A DNA stretch of 64,000 nt from Octopus sinensis (lineage: Eukaryota), in NCBI RefSeq assembly GCF_006345805.1, contig NC_043006.1, forward strand, positions 39,370,001-39,434,000, written 5' to 3'. Of the stretch, positions 50,707-64,000 are shown piece after piece. The stretch's first letter is position 1, and every line of letters starts with the position of its first letter. The position numbers and the translations under genes are program-made. The notes under the pieces were generated by a model. It did no database searches and was not told where the DNA came from. It saw only the letters and a program-made list of their open reading frames with translations.

Positions 50707-53524
50707 AGGACAGGTTTCCAAGCAGTCTCCGTCCACCAAATACATTCACAAGGCATTCGGTGCCCTAATAAAAAAAAATCACTCGTTCAAGGAGCCGCAC
50801 TGTGGGACTGAGTCCGAAACAGGACAAGTAACATAAAGAACGACCCTTCATCAGTTGTCGGCTGTCAATCTACTCCTCATTTCGAGCATTGAACGACAAT
50901 ACGAGTCTTCGAAGACAATTGCTCCCATAAGTACCAAAATAAAATTTGGGATTTATGGAGGGTCAAAGCTGGTAACAAAAACATGACAGTAGAGACATAC
51001 AAGGAAATCGAAGAAAACAAACATGGAGGGTCGTTAGACCAGAACGAGAGGAAAATAGTGAATGCTGGAGAAATAATTACTTTGAGAAGAGAATAAATAG
51101 AAGAGAGATATAGGATACGTCCAGTCTTTAGGACAGGCCTTAAAGAAAAAAAAGATGATCACGGGAAGAAAAGATGGACGATTGTCACGTGTGAGCAAAG
51201 AGAGAGAGAGTAAAAGGGAAAGAGGGGAGAGAGGGAGACAGATGAAGGGGTGTAAAAAGGAATTAGAGAAAGGATGAGAGAGAAAATGATAATTGATAGA
51301 TACATACATACATACATACATACACACACACAAATTGGTGAAGGCGCTTGGTTTAGGGGTTTGAGCATTTGGCTTACTATCGTAAGGTTATGAGTTCGAT
51401 TCCCATGTGTTGTGTCCTTGAGAAAGACACTTTATTTCATGTTGCTCCAGTCCATTCAGCCCTCAAAAGTGAGTTCTGCCTGTAATTCAAAGGGCCAGCT
51501 ATGTCATATTATGTTTCGCGTTATTAAGGGTGCGCGTGTCTGCGGAGTGCTCAACCACATGGACTTTAATTTCATGAGCAGGCATTTCTGTTGATCGAAT
51601 CAGCTGGAACTATCTTCTTCGTAACAGACGGGGAGCCAGTATATTTATGTTTTGTAGTTTTCAAATTTCTGTCACTAACATTGAAGGATAGGAATTCGAC
51701 AGACACAGTAATGTCTTTAAATATTTCATCGAAATATTTGGACCCTAAAATGTATTTATTTAACAAGTTTTATAGTTTCTTGTGTACTTTTGGATATGGT
51801 TTAGCGGTGTTTTATCATCAATACCGTGAACCCATCATTTACCATTTTCATGATACCTGTACACATATATAAATCCCTAGCTATCTACCTACACACACAC
51901 ACACACATAAATTAATGCATCTGTTGTAGGTTTTTGCCGAAACTAATGTTTTTTTTTTTTTGTCGTGTGAATTTCTTAAAAATGCAGCAACGTTAAAAGC
52001 ATTTACGATTCAAGATCCTTCAGATTCTATGTGTATATCCGAACCTTAACCAACATCTTTTTGTTCTCTATTCAAGATTGAATACATTTCCTCACTACGC
52101 AGTCTGAAATTCTCAACATGAAACGATTGATATTTCTCCCCCCGCCTCCACAGACAGCAGACTATTCGGCATATTTTGAATGTAAAAAGATGTTTACTGA
52201 GATTCAAATATCCATGTCTTTTATCTAGGAAGAGGATGGCGTACTCATTTATTACGAGAGGAGAGCTGCATGAAGAGGAGATAACACTATTTCGTTTTCA
52301 GTAGGTGACTATCTGGCTTCCCTTTGTACTTTCGTTGATAAATTTCAGTTTGTAGAAATTAGAAAATGGGTTTAAAAAGTACCAAAAACAAGGAATAAAA
52401 TGTAAATAATACCGACTCTTAATTAGAGGTTGAATACTTTTTTGATATTCTATAATTAATATGAATTTGATTGACATTATATACCTTATATTTAATTTGT
52501 GTATCTATTTTGTCTTGGAAGGTATGTGTGTTTGTATGATTCTATCATTTGATCTTAAATTAATCTAAGTTGCTTTTGATAAGTATTTGTTTCCTTCGTG
52601 AAGGCTTTTTTTCGTCAGTTTGTTTATGAAGAATCCAAACGCTCTGCAAGAAGGTGAATTATCACTGACAACGCCAACATCAAGATTAATGGTCTATTGA
52701 ATTCAGAGAAGAATTACATTTCAAGAAGTAACATTTTCAAAGAAAATTTCATAGTTTGTACGCAGCTGCTGTTGTCTGTATAGCAAAATGAAAGCTGTGT
52801 GTAGATGTTAGGGGGGAATTAAATCACATGAACAATGGTTTAAAGTGTGTAATCTTGGAAGAATGACTTTTCTTTCTTCCATGCTCAAGGCTGAACATTC
52901 TAAATTTATTTCTGTCTTATTCCTTCTATTCGATGCGTTTTTCAGGATTAATTCCATTTTCTCATTTCTACAAGCTAAAATTTATCAACCTGAACACAAA
53001 GAAAACTGGCAACATCTCTGGCTTGATACTATGTATACAATATTCTTATGCATCTCGTTCACTTCGCCTTTTTCCTACAGTTAGTAGTCAAACCAGATTT
53101 TATTTAAATAAAAAGGCTCCAGAATATGAATTTCAGCGAAACTATTCCTGGGCATAAATTACGCCAGATATTCTCCAGAGAAACTGCAGTCGCCATTTGC
53201 AGTTTCGTTTGGAGGAACTAGAGAACGAATTCTTTTCTGAGCAGGTCACAACACTGAAGGAACATCCGGGAAATGTAAAACACGCATGTGGCTGGTGGGG
53301 TAAGAAGATTTCGTCTCAACCACATGGTTCTGAGGACAGTTCTAATTCGTGGCATCTTGGGCAAGTTTCTTATGATATAATTTCGGGCTAACCAAAGCCC
53401 TTTGAGTGGACTTGGTAAACGGAAACTGAAAGAAACACACAAACAAACATACAAGTACATAATGAGCGTTTGCTTCCTTTATATCGATCTATAATAGAAG
53501 TATTTGGTATTAAGCTGAAGAATA

Positions 53525-53735
53525 AGGCGGCGAGCTGCCAGAATCGTTAGTAAACCGGGTGAAATGCTTAACAGCATCTCATTCTCCTTTACGCTCTGAG
53601 TTCAAAACTGCTGGAGTCGGCTTTGACTTTCATCCTTTTGGGGGTCGATAAAATAAGTACCAGTTAAGCAGAAGGGTCGGTGTAATCTACTGAAACTCTT
53701 CTCCGAATTTTCGAGCCTTGTACCAAAATTTGAAA
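53525..53735 (+). mobile_element. tRNA-derived SINE (29975 family)
   Basis: ggcggcgagctgccagaatcgttagtaaaccgggtgaaatgc head. Confidence 0.65.
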
Positions 53736-54008
53736 CCGATATTACACTGAAGAATTGCTCAATACATTTGGTAGAGTAAAGTACATATACATACACATGC
53801 TCAGTGCGAGTTGAGATAATAATAATCGATGACGTAGACGGAAGATGGATTTCTCATTAATCTTTATTCAGTATCACGATCGTTTCCATTCCTCATGCAA
53901 CTACCCATAAAGAACAATCGCAGAAAGGGTCAAAAGGAGTGACGTACTCAAGAAAGACTAATGCCAAATCCATCTTACATTTCCTTCATCGCTTATTATT
54001 ATTATTAT

Positions 54009-54063
<55 letters not shown>

Positions 54064-54266
54064 ATATACACCTGCCAGACATGCATACAGACATGCACGC
54101 ACAAACATATATTATGTATCTACAATTCGAAGATTGGAATTAAGCATGCGTTGTGTCACGCTGTTCCTACCCCGAATTATGTTGTTAGTGCGCGTGTCTG
54201 ATTGAATGGTGACGATGTTTGGACTATGTATGTATGAATGTACGTATGTGTGTATGTATATATATA

Positions 54267-54340
<74 letters not shown>

Positions 54341-54737
54341 TTCTTTAACACGAGTACTATTGAGAGTGACTTTCAAGTTTCGGTCAGTCAAGCCACCATT
54401 GAATTGTCCCTATCATGGCTTATCAAGCCGCTGAAGAAGAGGATTCATTTAAGTTGCTCTGCTATTGATTCCCTTCTTTACTGGTAAATTGTACAATTAG
54501 GCTGTGGCATAAGGAGTCTCAAGGTTCTGTGCAATCCTTTGAACTACCCACAATACACCCGCTTTGAAGATGAGACCACTCTTTTGCTTCTAGCGTTCGC
54601 GGTCTGGCTAGTTGCTAAAGACTATTAATATACTGTTATCTGAAACGAATATGATATATTAACAAGTTTGAAGTATCAAGTAGTATCCGCCCTCATAAAA
54701 CCCCAAAATAATGAGGGAGTGTTTAGTTACTATTCAA

Positions 54738-54770
<33 letters not shown>

Positions 54771-56725
54771 GTACACACACACACACACAGAGTAAAAGAG
54801 AGAGCATGAGAGAGAGAGAGAGAGAGAGAGTGACAGACAGACATTGAGGTAAAGTGCGCGACAAACTATCATATATTAGTGAGACTCAGCGTTCGAGCTA
54901 CGTTAGATCCTCACTATTATAGTATATTGTAGTTTATCGCGCATCTATAGAGTTCCGGGCTATCATGCAGAGGGAAGAGACACATAAAGTCTAAGAAAAT
55001 AACGAAACAAGAGATTGTTGGTATTTCAATAGTCTATAATCAGAACCGTCAGCCAGATTCAGTCATTGGACTGCAGCCAAGCAGGTGCACCCCCTTGACA
55101 TCTTTAGATAAAGAAATTGAATCCATTACATATTTTTAATATGATATTTATTCTATCGGCTTATTTTTCCTTACTGTGAGCTTACGGGAAAGTAAACTAA
55201 GCGATACCTCTTTTGAAGTGGTTGTAGGGGACTCACAAACTTAAAGATACACACACGCATACATATATATATACACACATACACTTATTCACGACCAGGT
55301 CAATGATTGAAGACACTTGCCCAAGGCTCTGTACAGTGGGACTAACCCCGAAACCATGTGATTGCAAGCGTGCTTCCTATGCACAAAGTCATGTCTGTGC
55401 CTTAAACGAAACTAATCAATAATGGGTAAATATATATATAAAATCGAAGCAGCTTAAACCTTATATATATATATAGACATGTGTTATGCATCTATCAATG
55501 ATAGGAAGAATGAGGGGGGAAAGGGTGAAATATCGACAAGTGTAATTAATGAAATAAACGATTGACCAAAAGAATCTATCACAATTTAGGTTATATGATT
55601 AAGGAGTGAAGGCGACATATGTAAAAGGTAGGTCACCGGAATAGACTGACGCATAGCATAAATTAAAAATAAAAGCAAAAACAAAAGTGGTTAAATTGGT
55701 AAAAGAGAAAAATATATTTAAGTAGAACGAAGGACATAGGGCAATGAAGCACGTAGACATATCAAAATAAAACAAAATTGTGTTGGCGAGATCAAAGAAT
55801 ATGCCGGAAGAATACGAAGTCGTAAAGTCTTTTCATCCATTAGGTTGTAAGGTGTTGAAGGAAATACAAGGCACCAAAAACTACACGCGCGTGCATATAC
55901 ACTTGTGAACATAAACATATCTATACTAGTATATAACATCTACACACATACATGTACGGACACATTATATATTCCATACACACATGCATATATGGACACA
56001 TATATGTGTATACATATATGCACATATAGGCGCAGGTATAAAATATACTTAGATAATAGCTACATATATACACACACACATACTTACGTATACATGTGTG
56101 CGTATTTATAATCCACACAGACATTTATGAGAGCAATCAAAGAAGAACGCCGCCTATAGGACGAATATGGCATTGTATTGGTTTTTGCAATGTTTTCCCG
56201 TTACATATTGTACCCTGTTGGTTATTTCAATTTTATATTGCTTCTGCTGCATATAACGATTTTGTGTTCAGCCAGGCAGCTATTTGCGACATCAGTGGTT
56301 GTTTATTTCTTGCTTCCTACTAGCGATAGCTAAAGATTGCGATTTTGTATGAGACTGGCTGTCAGTACAGGCAACTGAGAACGCCCAACGAAACAGAAAT
56401 ACGTATCAAGTCTTCCCGCCGGTTGCTGGACGATTTTAGCCTGTTTCCGATATACTGTATTTATATATATGTTGTTTTTCAACACTAGACGTCCATAAGA
56501 TTTATTATCTCCGGACGAGCACTGTCCTAAAATCGCTTTTTTTGTGACGGGTTTACATCTCCTGTTCTCTGTCTGTCTCTCATTCTCTCTCTCTCTCTGT
56601 AGGTAACTATAAATCAGAAAAAATACACAGACTCATAGTATACTGTAGACTTGGATCACTATATATACATACAAGCATACATACATATATAAGCATGCAT
56701 ACATACATACATATATATATATAAG

Positions 56726-56781
<56 letters not shown>

Positions 56782-56800
56782 CATACATATATATATATAT

Positions 56801-57654
56801 AAACAAATCAAATTGCGATAAAATAAAAATAATTATAATCGCTGGTATTACTAACACAAGCCATATATTTTTCATATATCAGTACATTAAGGCGAAATAT
56901 GTGCTAGTAATACAGAAGCTTGATAAATTAAGTGAAATGAAGATAAAAACATTTACTAAACCGGTAATTCTCAGACTGCAGTTTCTTTCTTTTCAGCAAT
57001 AAAGATAATTTAATTGCCCAGGGAGAATTCTTCAGTGAGACCCTGTTTTTCTGGGATCCTAACTCACTAGAAGCATGTGCGTCTAATGATTTACTCTTCC
57101 TAACTAATCATATCACTGCGCAGACTCCGAACGTCCCGACAACACTAGGGAATTCTGGTATATCGCCTGGCGCTCATAATTTATCGAGAAATATGTAAAC
57201 AAATCAAATTGCGATAAAATAAAAATAATTATAATCGCTGGTATTACTAACACAAGCCATATATTTTTCATATATCAGTACATTAAGGCGAAATATGTGC
57301 TAGGAATACAGAAGCTTGATAAATTAAGTGAAATGAAGATAAAAACATTTACTAAACCGGTAATTCTCAGACTGCAGTTTCTTTCTTTTCAGCAATAAAG
57401 ATAATTTAATTGCCCAGGGAGAATTCTTCAGTGAGACCCTGTTTTTCTGGGATCCTAACTCACTAGAAGCATGTGCGTCTAATGATTTACTCTTCCTAAC
57501 TAATCATATCACTGCGCAGACTCCGAACGTCCCGACAACACTAGGGAATTCTGGTATATCGCCTGGCGCTCATAATTTATCGAGAAATATGCAAACAAAT
57601 CAAATTGCGATAAAATAAAAATAATTATAATCGCTGGTATTACTAACACAAGCC
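56801..57654 (-). repeat. 396-bp tandem repeat (~2.16 units) with one hammerhead per unit, flanked by a 26-bp direct repeat
   Basis: Units start at 56801, 57197 and 57593. Flanks atatcagcatacatatatatatatat at 56775-56800 and 57655-57680. Confidence 0.92.
56969..57040 (-). ncRNA. Type I hammerhead ribozyme with GUC cleavage triplet (second copy at 57365-57436)
   Basis: Minus strand: tctca-CTGAAGA-a ttct..gcaat..attgc..agaa a-GAAA-ctgcag-TC-tgaga. Intact core, palindromic stem III, extended stem II. Confidence 0.82.
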
Positions 57655-57666
57655 ATATCAGCATAC

Positions 57667-57755
<89 letters not shown>

Positions 57756-57800
57756 CATACGTACATACATATATATATAAGCATACATACATATATATAA

Positions 57801-57840
<40 letters not shown>

Positions 57841-58699
57841 AGATAGAAAATGCTAAACTAATTTTATAAAAACATTTCAGTCCCGGTTTTTCAACTGCAA
57901 GTATTGAAAACAATTAAATTTTGGAAAAATATAAAAGTTTTTCGAAAGCATTTTTGCATAGTGTTCAAGTACAAGGGGAATTTTTCTTCTTTCTGCTTGA
58001 CTCTGTCTGTCTTGTTTACCTCATATATATACAGACATACATACATACATACAAACGCATATATATACAAACATACATACATATACAAACATACATATAT
58101 ATATGTATATATATTATATATATATATATACAAACACACACACACACACATACACACACTCACACAGACACACATATATATATATATATGAGCATGTATA
58201 TGTGCGTGTGTGTATGGGTATGTCTATAGATACATACATACCTAAAGTGACATGTGCACTTCTGGGCGTACATACGCACATTTAAAAATACTGCGCACAT
58301 ATACTATTTTCCTCAAATCATTCACCTTTGCACACATACAAAACACGCACGCACACACACACACACACAGACACGACCAACTCACCGGTGCGTACCCGCC
58401 TTCTCTCTTTTTTTCCTCCTTTGCTTTAAAAGAATCACCACAGAACGCCATCCATTTTCCACTCCCTTAGAGGACAGCATTTTCGTTAACTTCATATCTC
58501 CCTTTACACTAGAATTGTAAAATATATTTAATTCTTACTTCACACCTGGAAACACGGGTGTTTTTCATCATCCTTAAACAAAAATTTTTTCAAAGGAACC
58601 TTTAGATTTTATCTCGCTATAAGACCACCATTTCGCACACATATGGTTGTCATGCATGTGCCTGGTGTACTCTTATCGAACTGGTAGCCATGTTGTGTA

Positions 58700-59090
58700 T
58701 ATTGGGCTTCGTCGTGGAGTCGCAATGGCTCACTTATTTGGGCAGTAGACACGCAGTCGTAGGATCGCAGTTTCGATTCCCAGATCGAGCGTCGTGAGTG
58801 TTTATTGAGCGAAATCATCTAAAGCTCCACGAGGCTCAGGCAAGGGGTGGTAGCGAGCCCTGCTATACTCTTTCATCACAACTTTCTCTCTTGCTTCCTG
58901 TTTCTGTTGTACCTGTATTTCAAAGGGCCAGCTTTTTCTCACTCTGTGTCCGCGGAATCTTCCCGAGAACTGCGTTAAGGATACATGTGTCTGTGGAGTG
59001 CTCAGTCACTTGCACGTTAATTTCACGATCAGGTTGTCTCGTTGATCGGATCAACTGGAACCCTCGTCGTTGTAACCGACGGAGTACCAC
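58700..59090 (+). mobile_element. tRNA-derived SINE (9697/10535 family)
   Basis: gagtcgcaatggctcac...ggtcgtaggatcgcagtttcgattcccag head and shared body. Confidence 0.65.
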
Positions 59091-59730
59091 GATTGGGCTT
59101 CGTATATTTGTACCCCAGTGTTACTTTGATGGCATCCATTGCTTTCTCACTTAATAATAACAATAAAAGAAATGTCCTGATGTAGTACCAGGCACTGGCT
59201 CTCGTTGCTTCTGATCTTAACTGATTGGAAATGTTATCATGTTCACATTTGGCTTTAGAATAAATAATGGGCTACAACAAATATTCTGCTCAATATTACA
59301 GATTTGCTTGTCAGTTGGTTGACCTTAACCTGCTGAGTTTGTCCCTTAGTGGCTGACGATATGTGCATCTGGGATCACAAACAGAAGTAGTGAGGGAGCA
59401 TCATAGCCATGTGTTTGAATAATTCACCTCTGGAAGCATGGGTTATTCGTTCAACATCCTTTAACAACCGTTATTCAGTGACCGTTTGAGCAGGATGTGC
59501 AATTAGGCTTGAAGAAAATTGAAACTGGGCCCCACCTGCAAGGTCACGTACTGTTTAACTTGAGATGAGATCACCATGTCGTGCAACATGGTTGTGATGC
59601 ATGTGCCTGGTGTACCCTCATCAGACGGGTAGTCATGATGTGTATACTGGGTTTCGGATGTTTTACCCGTGTCACGTTGATGGCATGCAGTGTTCTCTCA
59701 CTCAATAATAATAATAATAATAATAATGAT
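59085..59730 (+). mobile_element. (AAT)n-tailed interspersed repeat (family of 31730)
   Basis: Ends gtgttctctcactc(aat)n at ~59700. Confidence 0.65.
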
Positions 59731-59982
59731 AATAATAATAATAATAATAATAATAATTATAATTATAATAATAATAATAATAATCTGTAATCTCAAATTT
59801 TAAGACAAACTTATAATTACCTCCTGTTTTCTTCAACATTCTCTAGAACAATACTATGTTCAAAACCAAATACATGACACATTAGGCATAACACCAACTT
59901 GAACCTGTAACTTGTCTCTTGAGGTCTTTGGATGAGACTTGGAGTCAATTTGTAAAACTACAAAGCAAAAGTCAAACATATG

Positions 59983-60038
<56 letters not shown>

Positions 60039-60149
60039 GAAAATGAAAATGAAGTAATATAAACCATAAATCTTGAATGTCAGTCTCAATTATGTTAACA
60101 TTTTAAGCGAATGTTTTCATCTTCCTTTAAGATATAGAAGCATGTTGTC

Positions 60150-60728
60150 TATTTTTATAGAATGTCGAAAAACGAAAGGAATGATGTGAATGATTTTGAT
60201 GTCATAATGAAGAGTCACTATGGCGTAGTAACCTGTGAGCGATTGTTGCTGTGTTCCCACTCCAAAACACCCAGATTTTTTTTTAATGATATCAGCAAGT
60301 TCTACAAGAACGATGGATTCATCCTGACCAGTGCTACAATTGGTCGTAAAGCTGACACACAGCAGTAACGGTTCATAACAGTCGTTATGGTATTCGATTT
60401 GAAGGTCACAATTTAAGCAAAAGTAACCTAGCTAGATGTTACCCTTCACGAACTTTCCCGAGGTCACATAAACTGTTTAAAAATATCATCCACAATCCCT
60501 TTAAACCTCTATTCAAATTAAGCCACCATCACTTAGACAAAGTAGACATCATCAGAAATTTGTAACTTGATTATTTGGACGAAACATCATTTAGCAAAGC
60601 CACTGGATAATATAACGAGGTACTGCATCGTCGTCATTATACGCATAAATTAAAATACACACCTGAAACCCCACTTCCCCCAACTGTACCAAACAACATG
60701 AATGCAAAAAAGGTGTTCCAAAGAGCTT

Positions 60729-60765
<37 letters not shown>

Positions 60766-61170
60766 CGAACATTAACCACTCTGACATAGATTTCTGGAGC
60801 TGTTCAATAAAAGAACCTTAAAAGTGACATTTAGCTACATGCAAAACATTTCTAGCACCATAGCCAGTTACAATGTAGGTATCGTACAGGAAACCACCAC
60901 CATAAACGTGACGAGCCCACCTGGTTCATCTGATGTAAATGCTTTGAAAGAATTATATGATATTATATCCTCCAACAAACCAACCTATGAAATAAAGCTA
61001 ACAGAAAATAAACCCAAAAGCTGTCAAAACTAACACAATGGCAAATGACATCTGGAAAATACCGAAAAGCTATCCGAACACATTTGACAACCAAAGAATG
61101 TTGAATAAGTACAAACATTACCTGAGCAATCAGATAAAGCCCTAGCATAAGAAACATATCCATAGTTTGT
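60150..61170 (+). pseudogene. Old, heavily degraded Naiad-like PLE remnant
   Basis: FDVIMKSHYGVVTCE parallels FDVSMGSYDGAGICD; ELFNKRTLKVTFSYMQNISSTIASYN parallels KLFNRHNLKISFSSTTNFKNIINHN; YEIKLTENKPKSCQN parallels YVGLTEGNFKARFNN of the 23-25 kb element. Confidence 0.6.
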
Positions 61171-61699
61171 GATTTCCACCTTAAAAAGACACTTCACGTT
61201 ATACGCTACCTCATCATAATGCTAAAATAAAAGATCTGAATTCATTTTAACGTACCGCCATATACCAAAATTCCTGTTGATCAACAAATCTGCGTCCAGT
61301 CGATATAGAAAAATAACATTACCAACAACTGAATGGCTCCCTGGAAAATGTCTTTTATTAAAACTACACGCTGATTAATGCTTTGGGTAGATAAAATTTG
61401 GTAGATAAAAACTGTGAAGAAGTCCGTCATATGAACATGTATATTTGTGTATATATATTGTCTTTGTGTTTCATCTGGATCCACTAACGCTTGACAACCG
61501 GTATTGGTTTGTTTACAACCCCTTAACTTACCAGTTCAACTAAAACGACCAATACAATAAATACCTAACTTTTTTCTATTTTTAAAAAATAAATACTGCA
61601 GTTGGATCGATTTGTTAAACTAAATACTTCAAGGTGGTGGCCAAGCATGGACGTAGCCCAACGATGAAAATAAGTAAAACTTAAATAATGGAAGAATCG

Positions 61700-62090
61700 G
61701 TAAAAATCGTTGGAGATTCAATGTCTACTAAATATTTTTCTACTAGTCAGTCGATTAGATCGGCCCCAGTACGTAACTGGTACTTAATTTATCGACCCCG
61801 AAAGGATGAAAGGCAAATTCGGCCTCGGCGGAATTTGAACTCAGAACGTAACGGCAGACAAAATACCTATTTCTTTACTACCCACAAGAGGATAAATACA
61901 GAGAGGAGAAACAAGGGCACACAAACGGATTAAGTCGATTATATCGATCCTAGTGCGTAACTGGTACTTAATTAATCCACCCCGAAAGGATGAAAGGCAA
62001 AGTCGACCTCGGCGGAATTTGAACTCAGAACGTAGCGGCAGACGAAATACTGCTAAGCATTTTGCCCGGTGTGCTAACGTTTCTGCCAGC
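61700..62090 (-). mobile_element. Partially duplicated SINE (29975 family)
   Basis: ccccgaaaggatgaaaggcaaa...gcggaatttgaactcagaacgta occurs twice (~61797 and ~61980). Confidence 0.7.
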
Positions 62091-62586
62091 ACGCTGCTTT
62101 ATCACAGTTAAGAATAGAGAATTTCAGTAAATCACTTCAAACTTACCACTAATTCATTCATAATAAAAAAGATGCCACAAATGTGTTAGTTACTTCTCTT
62201 CATATATCATAGCTTTATAATCATCACCAGAGTTGATTTTATTCTGGCTTTGGAATAGAAACGGTGTCGATAATAACTTAAGGCAACTCTATTCATTAGG
62301 TGTCTCACAAGAAGACTCGAACAAACGAATTTTCATACATTTTAAAGTGTTAGTCGTAATTGTATTGAAAATGCTATCAGCTTCTTCAGCAACTGTTACT
62401 GTCATTTAAAAACTGAACAATGCCTCTCTGTTGTATTGATGTGCACGTAGGTCGACTGAACTACAGAGATTTTACTGTTTCCACCAAAGATTTTCATAGG
62501 TTATATATCACTAACACCTTATTTATTCACCCGAATCTCAAGTTGAGCGTCTGTTGTATCCATTCTCATCCATATGCATGTAATTA

Positions 62587-62657
<71 letters not shown>

Positions 62658-62789
62658 ATATTAAACAATGATAAATATCAAAGTGAGTTATATACAGTAG
62701 CGGTAACACATCGTGACGTATATTTGCCATTTCACCCGTAGCATCCACCCTTAGGGGTTAGCCATATTGAAATGGCAAATATACGTATA

Positions 62790-63300
62790 TATATATTCTT
62801 TTACTTGTTTCAGTCATTTGAATGCGGCCATGCTGGGGCACCGCCTTTCGTCGAACAAATCGACCCAGGACATATTCTCTGTAAGCCTAGTACTTATTTT
62901 ATATATCTTTTACCTTTTGCTTGCTTCAGTCACTTGATTGCGGCAATGCTGGGGCACATCGCCTTGTGGAAAATTTGATCGAATGAATCGACCCCTGTAC
63001 TTTTTTTAAAAGTACTTATTCTATCGATCTGTTCTGCCGAACTGCCAAGTTACTGGGATGTAAACATACCAACACCGGCTGTCAAGCGGTGGTCGACCAG
63101 ACACAAAGAGACGCATGCATACATATATATTTATATATAACGAGTTTCTTTTAGTTTTCGTTTACCAAATGCCCTCACAAAGTTTTGGTTGAACCGAAGC
63201 TATATTAGAAGACACTCATAGTGCGACGCAGTGATACTGAATCCAGAAACATGTGGTTGTGAACCAAGCTTCTTACCACACAGCCACGCCTGCGCCTATA
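62790..63300 (-). mobile_element. tRNA-derived composite SINE
   Basis: Reverse copy of the 2503-2905 family ending ...cacacagccacgcctgcgcc. Confidence 0.7.
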
Positions 63301-63538
63301 ATATATATATGTTGGGTTCGTGCATAATTATTGTGGCTTTTTTTCAACAAATTTTATTCGACAAAAACAATAATATTTAACAAAAACATCTGTAAATGAA
63401 TGTCTGACCGTCTGCCAAGCAACTGGGAAACAGTAATTGAAGTAGATGGTGATTACGCTCCGAAATAATCATGTAAAGATGATTTTGTTACATGTTATTG
63501 CTGAAAAAAGCCGCAATAAGTATGCACCAATCCAGCAT

Positions 63539-63615
<77 letters not shown>

Positions 63616-63638
63616 ATCAACACCTATATGCTATACTT

Positions 63639-64000
63639 TTATGTATATACACCCTTTGATAGGCCAGATACTGAAATATTTATATTTGTCCTGAGATAAC
63701 CTCCCTTATTGATGTATTGCATTAAAAACGCAGTTAATATCTGAGCAGTGGCCAGCCTCAGTCCAATATAATTTTCTTTATCAGCCAGAAAGCTAGTCGT
63801 GACATCAATGAATGTTTTATTTCCTATATCAGAAGCAAGGAATTCTCGACCTAGCATGTGACAGTGCGCAAACGTGCCATTAGAACGGCTGTAAATTATA
63901 GAAATGCGTCTAGTAGTCTCGCTGTTGCGACGAACCTCGTCTACCTCTGATATGTATTCTATTTGAAACACAGAAAGTCCATAAGAGATGTTATTTGAGC
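63639..64000 (-). other. Possible coding exon or unidentified ORF running off the window edge
   Basis: Non-repetitive open frame of >110 codons (EYISEVDEVRR...FAHCHMLGREFLASD...LRLATAQILTAFLMQY); no recognised motif and no clear splice site. Confidence 0.25.

Noticed and set aside
54360-54440. Minus-strand TTGATAA...GAAA-cttgaaag-TC motif
   Set aside because: Stem I does not pair and stem II is displaced, so this is likely chance.

Overview
AT-rich, microsatellite-dense eukaryotic DNA. The SINE repertoire looks like octopus (cephalopod) genomic DNA; this is inferred from pattern recognition, not a database search. No host gene is clearly supported: most ORFs in the track are microsatellite artefacts, and there is one possible exon at the right edge. 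The window is a nest of mobile elements: a near-full-length Tx1/L1-clade LINE (39447-44712), a Naiad-like Penelope retroelement with a 5' inversion (23163-25770), older Penelope remnants, CR1/L2-type 3' fragments, mariner/Tc1 relics and many tRNA-derived SINEs. The main observation is about 22 hammerhead-ribozyme (HHR)-like motifs read directly from the sequence. Nine lie in a ~480-bp tandem array (37311-46894) with an internal inversion; the Tx1 LINE is inserted into it with a 33-bp target-site duplication (TSD), between two same-sense ribozymes. Two lie in an unrelated 396-bp tandem array (56801-57654) flanked by a 26-bp direct repeat. Others lie in a tRNA-headed SINE-like family and in the loops of long inverted repeats. 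Ribozyme folds were paired by hand and none is shown to be active.
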